This document shows positions 1 through 9,646 of a stretch of DNA of 45,836 nt, piece after piece. The stretch comes from an uncultured archaeon (GTDB lineage Archaea; Asgardarchaeota; Heimdallarchaeia; Heimdallarchaeales; Heimdallarchaeaceae). The translations under genes were made by a program, and so were the position numbers. Numbering within the stretch: position 1 is the first letter of the stretch; every line of letters starts with the position of its first letter. The stretch spans positions 1 through 45,836 of the forward strand of contig CAZHRF010000022.1 in NCBI GenBank assembly GCA_964534625.1, written 5' to 3'. A model generated the notes under the pieces. It searched no databases, was not told where the DNA came from, and was given only the letters and a program-made list of their open reading frames with translations.

Positions 1-150
1 GCTTACCCGATATTCGAACATCGTCATGTTCCGGATAGCATGTAGTATCTGATCAGGATTGTTTCTCTTGACCTCACTTTCACGTGGGTTATGTTTTCTC
101 ACTGTTTCCAGTACAACTGGTTTTTTTTGTGAGTTTCTTCTTCCACGTCT
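1..150 (-). ncRNA. Structured RNA running off the window edge (possibly a pre-rRNA leader or a mobile-element RNA)
   Basis: Minus-strand TATA box (TTTATATA, 180-173) followed by hairpins ACTG-GAAA-CAGT, ACCCAC-GTGAAA-GTGAGGT, GATA/TATC and GAACAT-GACG-ATGTTC. The last two are enclosed by CCTGAT/ATCGGG. Identity unresolved. Confidence 0.4.
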
Positions 151-172
151 ACTCTTTCTTACAAGATGGTCC

Positions 173-180
173 TATATAAA
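173..180 (-). promoter_or_regulatory. Archaeal TATA box driving the leftward transcript
   Basis: TTTATATA on the minus strand, preceded by the palindrome TTTTG-GGTA-CAAAA. Confidence 0.55.
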
Positions 181-282
181 CACAACATTTTGTACCCAAA
201 AGTGGCCAAAAAAACCCATGGCTTCCAACTACTTCTGAATTTGTAAGAGAAAAAATATAAAGAATCATCTCTATGCATTTTT

Positions 283-858
283 ATGAACTCTTTTGATCTA
301 TCTGAATTGACTACATCAAATGTTTTGTTATTAATAATTGATTTACAAACAAGCATTCTTTCAAAAATCACAAACAAACAAGATATACTAGAAAACACTA
401 CGTTCATGATTCAATGTATAAAAAAATTAAATATACCTATTATTCTTACTGAGCAATATCCTAAAGGCTTAGGAGAAACTGAAATAGATTTAAAGAATTT
501 AATAAGAGATAAGGTAGAAATTATTTCAAAAATTGAATTTAATTGCTTTCAAAATGCAGAATTTAATCAGTTGATTAATGAGTATAAAGAAAAAAGACCA
601 AACATAATTATAAGCGGTATTGAATCACACATCTGCGTACTACAAACGGTTTTAGGCGCAATAAAAGCTGGTTTTGAACCAATTGTTGTAAAAGACACCA
701 TTGCATCACGACATCATTCAGACCTTGAGGCAATGTTAAATTACTTATACTCAAAACAGATAACTGTTTTAACATCAGAAATGTTGATATATCTACTACT
801 AAAAAATGCAGGTACATCGATGTTTAAAGCACTTCTACCCCTATTAAAAGAAAGATAA
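283..858 (+). CDS. Isochorismatase-family (YcaC-like) cysteine hydrolase
   Basis: LLIIDLQ, TEQYPKGLG, K..FNCF, GIESHICVLQT motifs. Confidence 0.9.
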   Translation: MNSFDLSELTTSNVLLLIIDLQTSILSKITNKQDILENTTFMIQCIKKLNIPIILTEQYPKGLGETEIDLKNLIRDKVEIISKIEFNCFQNAEFNQLINEYKEKRPNIIISGIESHICVLQTVLGAIKAGFEPIVVKDTIASRHHSDLEAMLNYLYSKQITVLTSEMLIYLLLKNAGTSMFKALLPLLKER

Positions 859-1071
859 ACACAATGATCTCATTATCATTATTATTTCAAGTATTTTCGA
901 AGTAGTCTGAGGACACATCAAAATCAAGAAATAAACCAATTTATTTTCGCTCTAAACATTTCGAAGAGGATATTAGTTGCTTAATTCGGAAGTATATTTA
1001 TAATACAGAGATGAGTTTCTTCCCAAACTTTAAATTAGGAGTTCTATCTTTTATCTTCGGTGATATTCTAG

Positions 1072-3135
1072 TTGTCTTCTAACAAAATCAGAATTGGAGT
1101 CGATACTGGTGGAACTTTCACGGATTTTACTATGTTAATTAAAGGTGAAATTTATGCTTGGAAAGTTCCAACAACACCCGAAGACCCTTCAAGAGGCATT
1201 ATTCAAGGTTTAGAGAATTCAGCAACACAATTTGATTTTACTATGTCGGATATTGAACTTATAGTTCATGGAACTACAATTGGTACAAATGCGTTTTTGG
1301 AAGACAAATGCCCACCAATTGGTTTTATCACCACTAGAGGTTTTAAAGACATAATCGAAATCGGAAGACAACAAAGATCAGAATTATACAATTTAAAATT
1401 CCAAGAGAGATATCCAATATCATTCAAAAGTGATTTTCTCTTTGAAGTTGACGAAAGAATCAATAAAAATGGAGACATAATCAAAAAGCTGGATGTACAA
1501 TTCATAGACAATGTTCTCCCTGTTGCAAAAGCTAAAGATATTTCTACAATTGCTATATCCTTGCTTTTTTCATTTCTTAATCCAGTACATGAAAGAAATA
1601 TACAAATAATTCTAGATGATTATGATTTAGATGCTTTTATATCCTATGACATTTGTCCTCAAATCAAAGAATATGAAAGAGCTGTTACTACCATTATTAA
1701 TGCAAAAGTTAGTCCAGTCATTGGTTCTTATCTATCTGATTTAAAATCCAAGTTAATTAAAAAAAATATACTATCTCCACTTTTGATCATGCAATCAAAT
1801 ACAGGTATGTCTGATGTAAAAACAATAAGTCGCATGGGAATTCAAACTCTTTTTTCGGGTTTAGCTGGTGGTGTTCTAGCTGCTTCACAGAGTTTAAGGC
1901 ATCTCAATCGACAGAACCTTGTTTCTCTCGATATAGGGGGTACTTCTACTGATGTTTCAGCTCTAATTAACCAACCTATTATTCTTGGTTCTAGATCGTT
2001 TTCTGGTTTTCCAATTATTGCTTCGCTGGTTGATGTTGAAACTATTGGTAGTGGAGGTGGGTCAATCGCAAAATACAAAGATGGTTTACTAACAGTAGGA
2101 CCAGAATCTCAAGGTGCAAATCCGGGTCCCGCATGTTATTCACTTGGAGGTGAAGAAGTAACACTTACTGATGCCAACTTGTACCTAGGGTATGTTCATT
2201 CAGATAATTTTGCAGGAAATTTAAAAATTGATATCAATAAATCCATTCACCAATTACAAGGGCTTCTTGCGGATATAAAATCCTCCTCTTATGATTTAAA
2301 TATTGAAACAATAGGCGACTTAGCATTAGCCATCCGTAAAATATTGAACAACAACATTGCAAATGCTATTCGTGTGGTGACTATTCAAAGAGGATTAGAT
2401 CCCAGAGATTTTTCTCTACTTGCTTTTGGGGGTGCTGGTCCAATGCAAGCATGGGAGATAGGTAAGGAATTAGAGATGGAAGGAGTCATAATTCCCCCAC
2501 TACCAGGAGTATGGAGCGCATATGGTCTTATAAGTTCAAATATTAAACACAAAAAGACCTTATCTTACTTAAAGATAATAGAAGACATTATTCTTTCCGA
2601 CATTAACGATACATTCCTACAGTTGAAATCAAAATTGGAAGAAACTCTATTTAACGAGGGAATAAAAGACAAACAACAAATTTTCAATTTTTCAGTTGAT
2701 GTACGATACTTAGGTCAAGCTGACGTTTTAAATCTTAACATACAATTTCCATTAACAAAAAAAGAACTTAATCTCATTGAAAAAAAATTTCATGAACTCC
2801 ACAATCAAAATTATTCATGGATGGATACATCGCTTCAAATTGAAATTGTGAACATTTCTGTGGAAGGTGTTGGACTAGTTTCAAAAATACAGGTGAAAAA
2901 ATTAGAAGAAGGAACAAGCATCCCACCGTCTAATGCACTTAAGGGCTCAAGGACAGTAAATTTCAATGGTATTTTGCAAGAGACCCCAATATATCATAAA
3001 ACAGAATTAAAAGCAAACAATAAACTTGAGGGACCTTGTATAGTTGATCAACTTGATACTACTATTATTATACCTCCAGATGCAGAAGGAACAGTAAACC
3101 AGTTCGGTTATATAGTTATGCAGGTGAAGAAATGA
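1072..3135 (+). CDS. Hydantoinase A / 5-oxoprolinase alpha subunit
   Basis: GVDTGGTFTD, HGTT, DIGGTSTDVS, GSGGGS, GANPGPACY, AFGGAGP motifs; TTG start. Confidence 0.93.
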   Translation: MSSNKIRIGVDTGGTFTDFTMLIKGEIYAWKVPTTPEDPSRGIIQGLENSATQFDFTMSDIELIVHGTTIGTNAFLEDKCPPIGFITTRGFKDIIEIGRQQRSELYNLKFQERYPISFKSDFLFEVDERINKNGDIIKKLDVQFIDNVLPVAKAKDISTIAISLLFSFLNPVHERNIQIILDDYDLDAFISYDICPQIKEYERAVTTIINAKVSPVIGSYLSDLKSKLIKKNILSPLLIMQSNTGMSDVKTISRMGIQTLFSGLAGGVLAASQSLRHLNRQNLVSLDIGGTSTDVSALINQPIILGSRSFSGFPIIASLVDVETIGSGGGSIAKYKDGLLTVGPESQGANPGPACYSLGGEEVTLTDANLYLGYVHSDNFAGNLKIDINKSIHQLQGLLADIKSSSYDLNIETIGDLALAIRKILNNNIANAIRVVTIQRGLDPRDFSLLAFGGAGPMQAWEIGKELEMEGVIIPPLPGVWSAYGLISSNIKHKKTLSYLKIIEDIILSDINDTFLQLKSKLEETLFNEGIKDKQQIFNFSVDVRYLGQADVLNLNIQFPLTKKELNLIEKKFHELHNQNYSWMDTSLQIEIVNISVEGVGLVSKIQVKKLEEGTSIPPSNALKGSRTVNFNGILQETPIYHKTELKANNKLEGPCIVDQLDTTIIIPPDAEGTVNQFGYIVMQVKK

Positions 3136-4712
3136 ATAATAATATTAACTTAATTGAAGCTCAGGTAATAAATCAAGCACTACGGAATGTTGCATTAGAA
3201 ACCGGTATTGTTTTACAACGATCAGCTTTTTCCCCAAACATACGAGATCGGTTAGATTTTTCAAGTGCAATAATGGATGACCAAGGTAGGTTAATTGCTC
3301 AAGCTGAACACATTCCTGTTCATTTGGGTGCCATGCCAGAGTCTGTTAAACATATCATAAAAGCAGTAGGCAGAACAAATATCAAGGAGGGAGATATTTA
3401 CATTGCCAACAACCCATATTTAGGAGGAACACATTTGCCAGATATTACTGTCGTTAAACCTATATTTTTTGATAATAAAATAGTTGGATACATTGCAAAT
3501 CGATGTCATCATGCAGATGTAGGAGGGATAGTTCCGGGTAGTATGCCGGGGGGCAATTATACTCTCAAAGAGGAAGGATATATCATCAATCCAACAGTTT
3601 TAGAAAGAAATAATAGATTAAATCAAGAGTGGCTAGCTGATTTTCTTTCCAATGTAAGAGTGCCAAGAGAGAGAAAGGGAGATATTCAAGCACAATTGGC
3701 TTCAACAAAAGTTGGAGAAAAAAAAATGCTTTCAATCCTTAAAAAATATTCACTCTCACGGGTTCAGAAGGTTATAGAATTCCTAAATAAACGTTCTAAA
3801 AATGCTACTCTAAAACTAATATCAAAGATTCCAGAAGGGAAACATATTTCTTTCACTGACTATATGGACGATGATGGTGTGTCTTCCACAACAATACCCA
3901 TTTCTGTTATATTGAAACGGAAAGCCAATACCTTAATTATTGATTATTCTAAAACCGCCCAACAAGTCAAAGGAAATATTAATGCACCTCATGCAGTTAC
4001 ACTTTCTGCTACTTATTATATTATCCGTTGTTTAGTTTCTCTAGAATATACTACAAATTATGGATTGTATGAACCATTGAAAATTATCACAAAAAAAGGA
4101 TCTTTACTTGACCCCTCCCCGCCTGCAGGAGTAGCTGCCGGCAATGTTGAAACAAGCCAAAGAATTACGGATGTTCTACTAGGCGCTTTTTCTACTGTTT
4201 TTCCAGATCTGGTACCAGCTGCAAGTAGCGGTACAATGAATAATATTATCATTGGAGGCACCAATAAAGAGAAGCAATTTACCTATTATGAAACGATAGC
4301 CGGAGGAATAGGTGCTGGAAAGAATTATCAGCCACCAAATGCAAAACATAGTCATATGACAAATACTAGAAACACCTCAATTGAAGTATTAGAAACCTAC
4401 TATCCGCTTAGGGTTGAGAAATATGCTATCAGAACAAACTCGGGGGGTGAAGGTATTTGGAGAGGGAGCAATGGAGTACAGAGAGACATAATTCTCTTAG
4501 CCGACGAAGCAATATTATCTATTCAAAGTGAACGGAGAAAAATAGCCCCATTTGGTCTACATGGCGGACAGGAAGGGAAAAAAGGGAAAAATATCTTAAC
4601 AACACAAGATCATGAGATAGTTTTACCTTCTAAAATTACAAGAAAAATTAAGAAAGGAGATAAAATTAGCATTTTGACACCGGGAGGAGGAGGGTTTCAA
4701 GCAAAAAGATAA
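3132..4712 (+). CDS. Hydantoinase B / 5-oxoprolinase beta subunit
   Basis: SPNIRDRLDFS, HIPVHLG, NNPYLGGTHLPD, HHADVGG..PGSM, HMTNT, TPGGGG motifs; ATGA overlap with the upstream gene. Confidence 0.93.
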   Translation: MNNNINLIEAQVINQALRNVALETGIVLQRSAFSPNIRDRLDFSSAIMDDQGRLIAQAEHIPVHLGAMPESVKHIIKAVGRTNIKEGDIYIANNPYLGGTHLPDITVVKPIFFDNKIVGYIANRCHHADVGGIVPGSMPGGNYTLKEEGYIINPTVLERNNRLNQEWLADFLSNVRVPRERKGDIQAQLASTKVGEKKMLSILKKYSLSRVQKVIEFLNKRSKNATLKLISKIPEGKHISFTDYMDDDGVSSTTIPISVILKRKANTLIIDYSKTAQQVKGNINAPHAVTLSATYYIIRCLVSLEYTTNYGLYEPLKIITKKGSLLDPSPPAGVAAGNVETSQRITDVLLGAFSTVFPDLVPAASSGTMNNIIIGGTNKEKQFTYYETIAGGIGAGKNYQPPNAKHSHMTNTRNTSIEVLETYYPLRVEKYAIRTNSGGEGIWRGSNGVQRDIILLADEAILSIQSERRKIAPFGLHGGQEGKKGKNILTTQDHEIVLPSKITRKIKKGDKISILTPGGGGFQAKR

Positions 4713-4734
4713 AAATCTATCATCCTATGATATT

Positions 4735-6876
4735 ATGATGCTAGAGAGATTACTGAAAAAATTATTGATACATATATTCACCAATCAAAAGCCTAAGAAG
4801 GTCACAGACAAGACTTTGAAATTAGAAATTGATTCTCATTTACCTATTAAAGAAAAAGTCAAACAAATACTTTCAAAAATGTCTTTTGATGAAAAAATAG
4901 ATCTTATAACGGGTGAGAAAATGTTTGCAATCTCACCTATAGAAAGGTTGGGTCTATCACGTGTCTGGTGTTCTGACGCTTCTTCGGGGATAAGAAGTTT
5001 TGGGAGATCAACTTCATTTCCTGCTTTAGTTGCGCTTACTGCAAGTTGGAATCGTGAATTACTTAACGAAGTAGGTCAAATAATTGCTGAAGAATGCAGG
5101 GCTAAAGGTATATCTGTTTTATTGGGTCCTGGTGTGAACATCTATAGAGTACCTACAAATGGACGTAATTTTGAATACATGGGAGAAGATCCACATCTAG
5201 CATCACAGTTGGTTGTACCATATATTAAAGGCGCCCAAGATCGAGGAGTTATAACTACCGTTAAACACTTTGTTGCTAATAATTCAGAATATGATCGCCA
5301 TAGGATGAACAGCATTATTGATGAGAGAACTTTAAACGAAATCTACTTCCCAGCTTTTAAAGCAGCAGTACAAGAGGGAAAATCAAAAGGCATAATGTGC
5401 GCGTATAATCTTCTTAATGGTATTCATTGTAGTGAACACAAGAAACTATTAACTGACGTATTAAGAGAAAGATGGGGGTTTAATGGTTTTGTAATAAGTG
5501 ATTGGAACTGCCTATACAGCACCGAGGGGCCTATGAAAGCAGGACTTGATTTAGAGATGCCCAAACCAAAATATTACTCGAAGAAAAAGGTTGAACAAGC
5601 ACTAGTTGCAGGAGATATTACACTAGAAGCCGTAAATGAAAAAGTGAAAAATATTCTTCGTTCATTATTTGAAATTGGAGCCTATGAAAGGCCAGTTAAG
5701 GACAAAGATGCATTGGAATTTGGAGAATATCATGATGAAGTAGCCCTAAAAGCAGCAAGAGAAAGTATTGTCTTGTTGAAGAATCAAAATAATCTCCTAC
5801 CTATAGATCCAAAATCCAACAAAAAAATTGTCATATTGGGAAGAAATGCCACATCCACTCCAACAACAGGAGGAGGATCATGTTATGTTAAGCCTTACAA
5901 AACACGGAACATATATCAAGCAATAAAATGTACTCAATCCAATCATACTATTAATTTAATCAAACAGAAGAAAGGAAAGATTAGTAACAATTCAAAACAG
6001 TTAGTTGGTAAGGCAGATTATGTCATTCTTTGTGTTGGTTTCACTAATGAAGAAGATAGTGAATGTTGGGATCGACCATGGAAAATGACCAATAATCAAA
6101 ATGAATTAATTCAACAGGTTTCTTCATTAAATGAAAATACTATTGTGATATTGAGTGCAGGTGGAGGTATAGAAACTGAATCTTGGGTTCACAAAATCCC
6201 TGCCCTTATACATAGTTTTTACTTGGGACAAAGTGTAGGTGATGCAATTGCAGATGTAATTTTTGGAAAAACTAACCCTTCAGCCAAACTACCATTCACC
6301 ATGGCTAAAAAATGGGAAGATATCTCAAGTACCAAATTTTATGTTGAAAAACCGCAAACAACTAGTTTTAATAAAATCAGACAGAGAACAAAAGAAAAAT
6401 TTAGGTTTTATTCATCCATCACTTTAGAATATAAAGAAGGCATAATGGTGGGATACCGACATTTTGATACCGCAAATATAGAACCACAATTCCCTTTTGG
6501 ACATGGGCTTTCCTATACAAAGTTTGATTATATTGATTTAAAATTGAACAAAAAGTCGTTATCAAGAGGAGATACTTTGAAAATGGATATAACACTAAAA
6601 AACACTGGCCCAAGAAGAGGTAAAGAAGTTATACAGGTGTATGTTAAAGATATAAAAAGTAGTGTTGTACGACCAGAAAAGGAATTAAGAGGATTTGCCA
6701 AAATTGATTTGAAACCTGATGAAGAAAGGAAGATAAATATTGAAATACCAATTAATAACTTTGCTTTCTATGACGTAGAGACTAAAGAATGGGTGGTCGA
6801 AGAAGGAGAATTTGATCTTCAAGTTGGTTCATCATCTAGAGATATAAAACTGAAAGAAAGAATTATAGTTAAATAA
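4735..6876 (+). CDS. Glycoside hydrolase family 3 beta-glucosidase with C-terminal Fn3-like domain
   Basis: GRNFEYMGEDP, KHFVAN, VISDW (nucleophile Asp), GLDLEMP, FPFGHGLSYT. Confidence 0.95.
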   Translation: MMLERLLKKLLIHIFTNQKPKKVTDKTLKLEIDSHLPIKEKVKQILSKMSFDEKIDLITGEKMFAISPIERLGLSRVWCSDASSGIRSFGRSTSFPALVALTASWNRELLNEVGQIIAEECRAKGISVLLGPGVNIYRVPTNGRNFEYMGEDPHLASQLVVPYIKGAQDRGVITTVKHFVANNSEYDRHRMNSIIDERTLNEIYFPAFKAAVQEGKSKGIMCAYNLLNGIHCSEHKKLLTDVLRERWGFNGFVISDWNCLYSTEGPMKAGLDLEMPKPKYYSKKKVEQALVAGDITLEAVNEKVKNILRSLFEIGAYERPVKDKDALEFGEYHDEVALKAARESIVLLKNQNNLLPIDPKSNKKIVILGRNATSTPTTGGGSCYVKPYKTRNIYQAIKCTQSNHTINLIKQKKGKISNNSKQLVGKADYVILCVGFTNEEDSECWDRPWKMTNNQNELIQQVSSLNENTIVILSAGGGIETESWVHKIPALIHSFYLGQSVGDAIADVIFGKTNPSAKLPFTMAKKWEDISSTKFYVEKPQTTSFNKIRQRTKEKFRFYSSITLEYKEGIMVGYRHFDTANIEPQFPFGHGLSYTKFDYIDLKLNKKSLSRGDTLKMDITLKNTGPRRGKEVIQVYVKDIKSSVVRPEKELRGFAKIDLKPDEERKINIEIPINNFAFYDVETKEWVVEEGEFDLQVGSSSRDIKLKERIIVK

Positions 6877-7210
6877 AAACAACCACCTAAGTTCACCTTT
6901 TTCCTTGTGTAACATAATAAACCACATATCGATCTTGAAAAAGTATAAAATAACATTTAGATTCATTTAAGGGTAGTCCATTAAACATATTACGTGTATT
7001 AGGTGAGTTAAAGGAGCAAATATAATACTTAAATAATACAAAAATATAACTATTTTTTCTGTCTGATCTTGCCATTATTATAAGAGATTCATCAGTACGT
7101 ATACATTACCTAAAGTATAGACAAGTAGATAAGCTATGTTGTTTAAACTATAATCACGAATATCAGTGAATAAAAAAAGATATAATAAAAAACAGAGTAT
7201 CTGAAAAATA

Positions 7211-8413
7211 TTAAAAGAAAGTAGGCTCAGTTTCAAACTGCCGTTTTGGTTTTTCCATTTTCTTGGTTTCTTTTGGAGATAGAATTTCTATCAAGTCATA
7301 GTTGCTTGTTCCCATTCCCATTTTTTCTGCAAACCTCACTGTCTCATAAGGATCCTTATAAGGTCCATGAACTCTCGTAAATGGATGAACATTTTCATCT
7401 GGGTCAACATGTTTTATGAATTGAGGTATAGCTTTTTCTATTAACCCCTCTTTTTTTATGAGATCTAACGAGACTGTTTCCACGGCCACAATATCTTTTG
7501 ATCCTACTATTCCAATATCATTCACTATGGGGGGTTGACCCATCCCTAAACAATCACAATACATTGTTATGTCAAGCAAGAAGTTTAGATAAATTATTTT
7601 TTCGGGATCAAATGTATCCAATACTTTTTTTGTTGATATTGCCATCATTTCTTGAAACGCAGAATAACTCTCTCTTGGTAATTCTATTGCACCAACATCA
7701 GAGTCAATTTCCAGACACACGCCACATTGATGACAGTCATGCCAATTCCGGGATAATTCGTTCTTTTTTTCATCATAATTTAGTGCGCCGTAAGGGCAAT
7801 TTTCCACAAGTTTTTGTATATGTTCAGATGAAGCATTTTCTGGATGAAAATATTTTTTATAATTTGCCACACCATGTATTTTTCGCCATCTTGTTGGTCC
7901 TGAATAAGCGCCTAACGCAAGATTTTTTATGGCCCCCCCATACCCGCAAGCACCATGCCCCTTAACGTGACTAACATCGATTAACACATCTGCATCTTTT
8001 AATACCCCTCCTAAGTCTAAGGTTTCAAATCCCTTGAAATCTATTTTTACGGGAGTAGTATATCCGTCTTTCACACCTGCAATAGGTATCAAGGGGCATC
8101 CGCAAGTCTCTCGTGTATATCCACGCTTATAAGCATTGTATACAGCTGTAGGATTGTCAGTTATAAATGGGAAGGCATCAAGTTTTTTGATTTTTTCAAC
8201 TATTCGCCGAATAAAAAAGACAGGTATCGTTTGATAACCATCTCTAAATCCCAAATGCATCTTTACCGCAACTTTGTCTTTAGGTTTTATTGTGGATTTA
8301 TCTATTAGTTTTTCTACTATTGTATCAACTTTAGCTGCAAATGAAGCAAATTGTGCCAATTGTCCATGTTGTACTGAACCAAAGTACACTTTAGCTTTTT
8401 TCTTTTCTGACAT
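7211..8413 (-). CDS. DUF362-family Fe-S protein with ferredoxin-like insert
   Basis: VAVKMHLG, SHVKGH..CGYGGAIKNLALG, CPYGA..CHQCGVC, CDC motifs. Confidence 0.85.
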   Translation of the reverse strand: MSEKKKAKVYFGSVQHGQLAQFASFAAKVDTIVEKLIDKSTIKPKDKVAVKMHLGFRDGYQTIPVFFIRRIVEKIKKLDAFPFITDNPTAVYNAYKRGYTRETCGCPLIPIAGVKDGYTTPVKIDFKGFETLDLGGVLKDADVLIDVSHVKGHGACGYGGAIKNLALGAYSGPTRWRKIHGVANYKKYFHPENASSEHIQKLVENCPYGALNYDEKKNELSRNWHDCHQCGVCLEIDSDVGAIELPRESYSAFQEMMAISTKKVLDTFDPEKIIYLNFLLDITMYCDCLGMGQPPIVNDIGIVGSKDIVAVETVSLDLIKKEGLIEKAIPQFIKHVDPDENVHPFTRVHGPYKDPYETVRFAEKMGMGTSNYDLIEILSPKETKKMEKPKRQFETEPTFF

Positions 8414-8566
8414 ATCAATATATTAGATGGGTTTTTTTTAAACATATTGTAAATGGTTTCTCAAAATAGATCCTTGAGCATAATATGCGTTGTTCAACCT
8501 CTCAAATACCAAACATTGCCTACAAAGTATTCTTTATTATCTATTCTAATTTAAAATCAGCATATA

Positions 8567-9601
8567 TCATACATTCTTGTAGCTAACTTTTATACTTTTT
8601 TTGCTTATCTTCTCTATACTTTCAATTTCTCTAATAAGGATATTTTTTTCTTGTTTTGTTACAACATCAAAATCATAATATTCGTTTCTATATTTTAGTT
8701 TGTGGTCTTTCTTCCATTTTCTAATAAACTCTTGGTGTTTCTCTAATCTCTCCCTAATTATTTTATTTGCGAGTCCCACAAAATCCTCTAATCTTTCTTC
8801 AATTACATCTAAAAAGTGCTTATCAATTTCTACACCAATGCTATTTCTAGTACTAGTTATAGCTGCTAGAATGGTTGTTCCAGTACCTAAAAAGGGGTCT
8901 AATACAACATCATTTTCAATCGAAAACATGTTTATCAATCGATATGGAAGTTCAAAGGGATAAGCACCACTTCTTTCTCTTGTTTTTCCCTCCAATAATT
9001 GATTTGTACCAGTGAATAACCAGAGATCACTAAACCATCGATTTCTTTCTTCCCAGAAGTAGGCACTATTATATCTTTTTTTCTTTTCTTTTTCAGATAT
9101 AAATAGCCTTCTTGATCCCTTTCTAAAAATGAGTATATGTTCGTGTTCTAATGTCACATATGCACTTGGAGGTAACATTCCCGATCCCATGAATTTTGTA
9201 GGTGAATTCGTAGGTTTTCTCCATAAGATAGAGGGGAGGAGATGAAAACCCAAATCCAAATATGTTTGTATTATTCGAGAATGTGACGGATAAAGACAAA
9301 AGTGTTTCCCTATTTTTTGTGTTGCGTCACCAATGTTTATACAAACTATACCTCCCTTTTTTACCACTCGTGAGATTTCGATCCAAACAGTATCTAATTC
9401 TTTATGCATTAATTCAAAAGCGAGAGACCCGTTCTTATCCTCTAAAGCTTTTTCTATTTTAGGGTTCAAGTGTGTAAATAATTCATTCCACATTTCTACC
9501 ATTGGATAGGGAGGAGATGTTACTACTAGATCAATTGAATCATCAGATATTGATGAAAGATCTTGTGCATTAGCTATTAGTATTTCATGGTTAGTCTTCA
9601 T
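8567..9601 (-). CDS. Orphan beta-class N4-cytosine DNA methyltransferase (M.MthZI/Zim-like, probably CTAG)
   Basis: TSPPY (motif IV) precedes DPFLGTGTT (motif I); PPYPMVEMW, KFMGSGMLPP and YFWEERNRWFSD match my recollection of the M.MthZI family. Confidence 0.85.
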   Translation of the reverse strand: MKTNHEILIANAQDLSSISDDSIDLVVTSPPYPMVEMWNELFTHLNPKIEKALEDKNGSLAFELMHKELDTVWIEISRVVKKGGIVCINIGDATQKIGKHFCLYPSHSRIIQTYLDLGFHLLPSILWRKPTNSPTKFMGSGMLPPSAYVTLEHEHILIFRKGSRRLFISEKEKKKRYNSAYFWEERNRWFSDLWLFTGTNQLLEGKTRERSGAYPFELPYRLINMFSIENDVVLDPFLGTGTTILAAITSTRNSIGVEIDKHFLDVIEERLEDFVGLANKIIRERLEKHQEFIRKWKKDHKLKYRNEYYDFDVVTKQEKNILIREIESIEKISKKSIKVSYKNV

Positions 9602-9646
9602 AAGCATCAATAATAAGAGAGTATTAAAGCATGTAAAAATTTTATC

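Noticed and set aside
1-150. TPP riboswitch or RNase P RNA
   Set aside because: UGAGA, ACCC and CCUGAUC words occur, but the pairing partners and spacing of TPP are missing. The RNase P GAGGAAANUCC/P4 context is not properly matched.
6880-7210. 60-aa ORF 6893-7075 in the convergent gap
   Set aside because: No motif, SD or codon signal that I can support.
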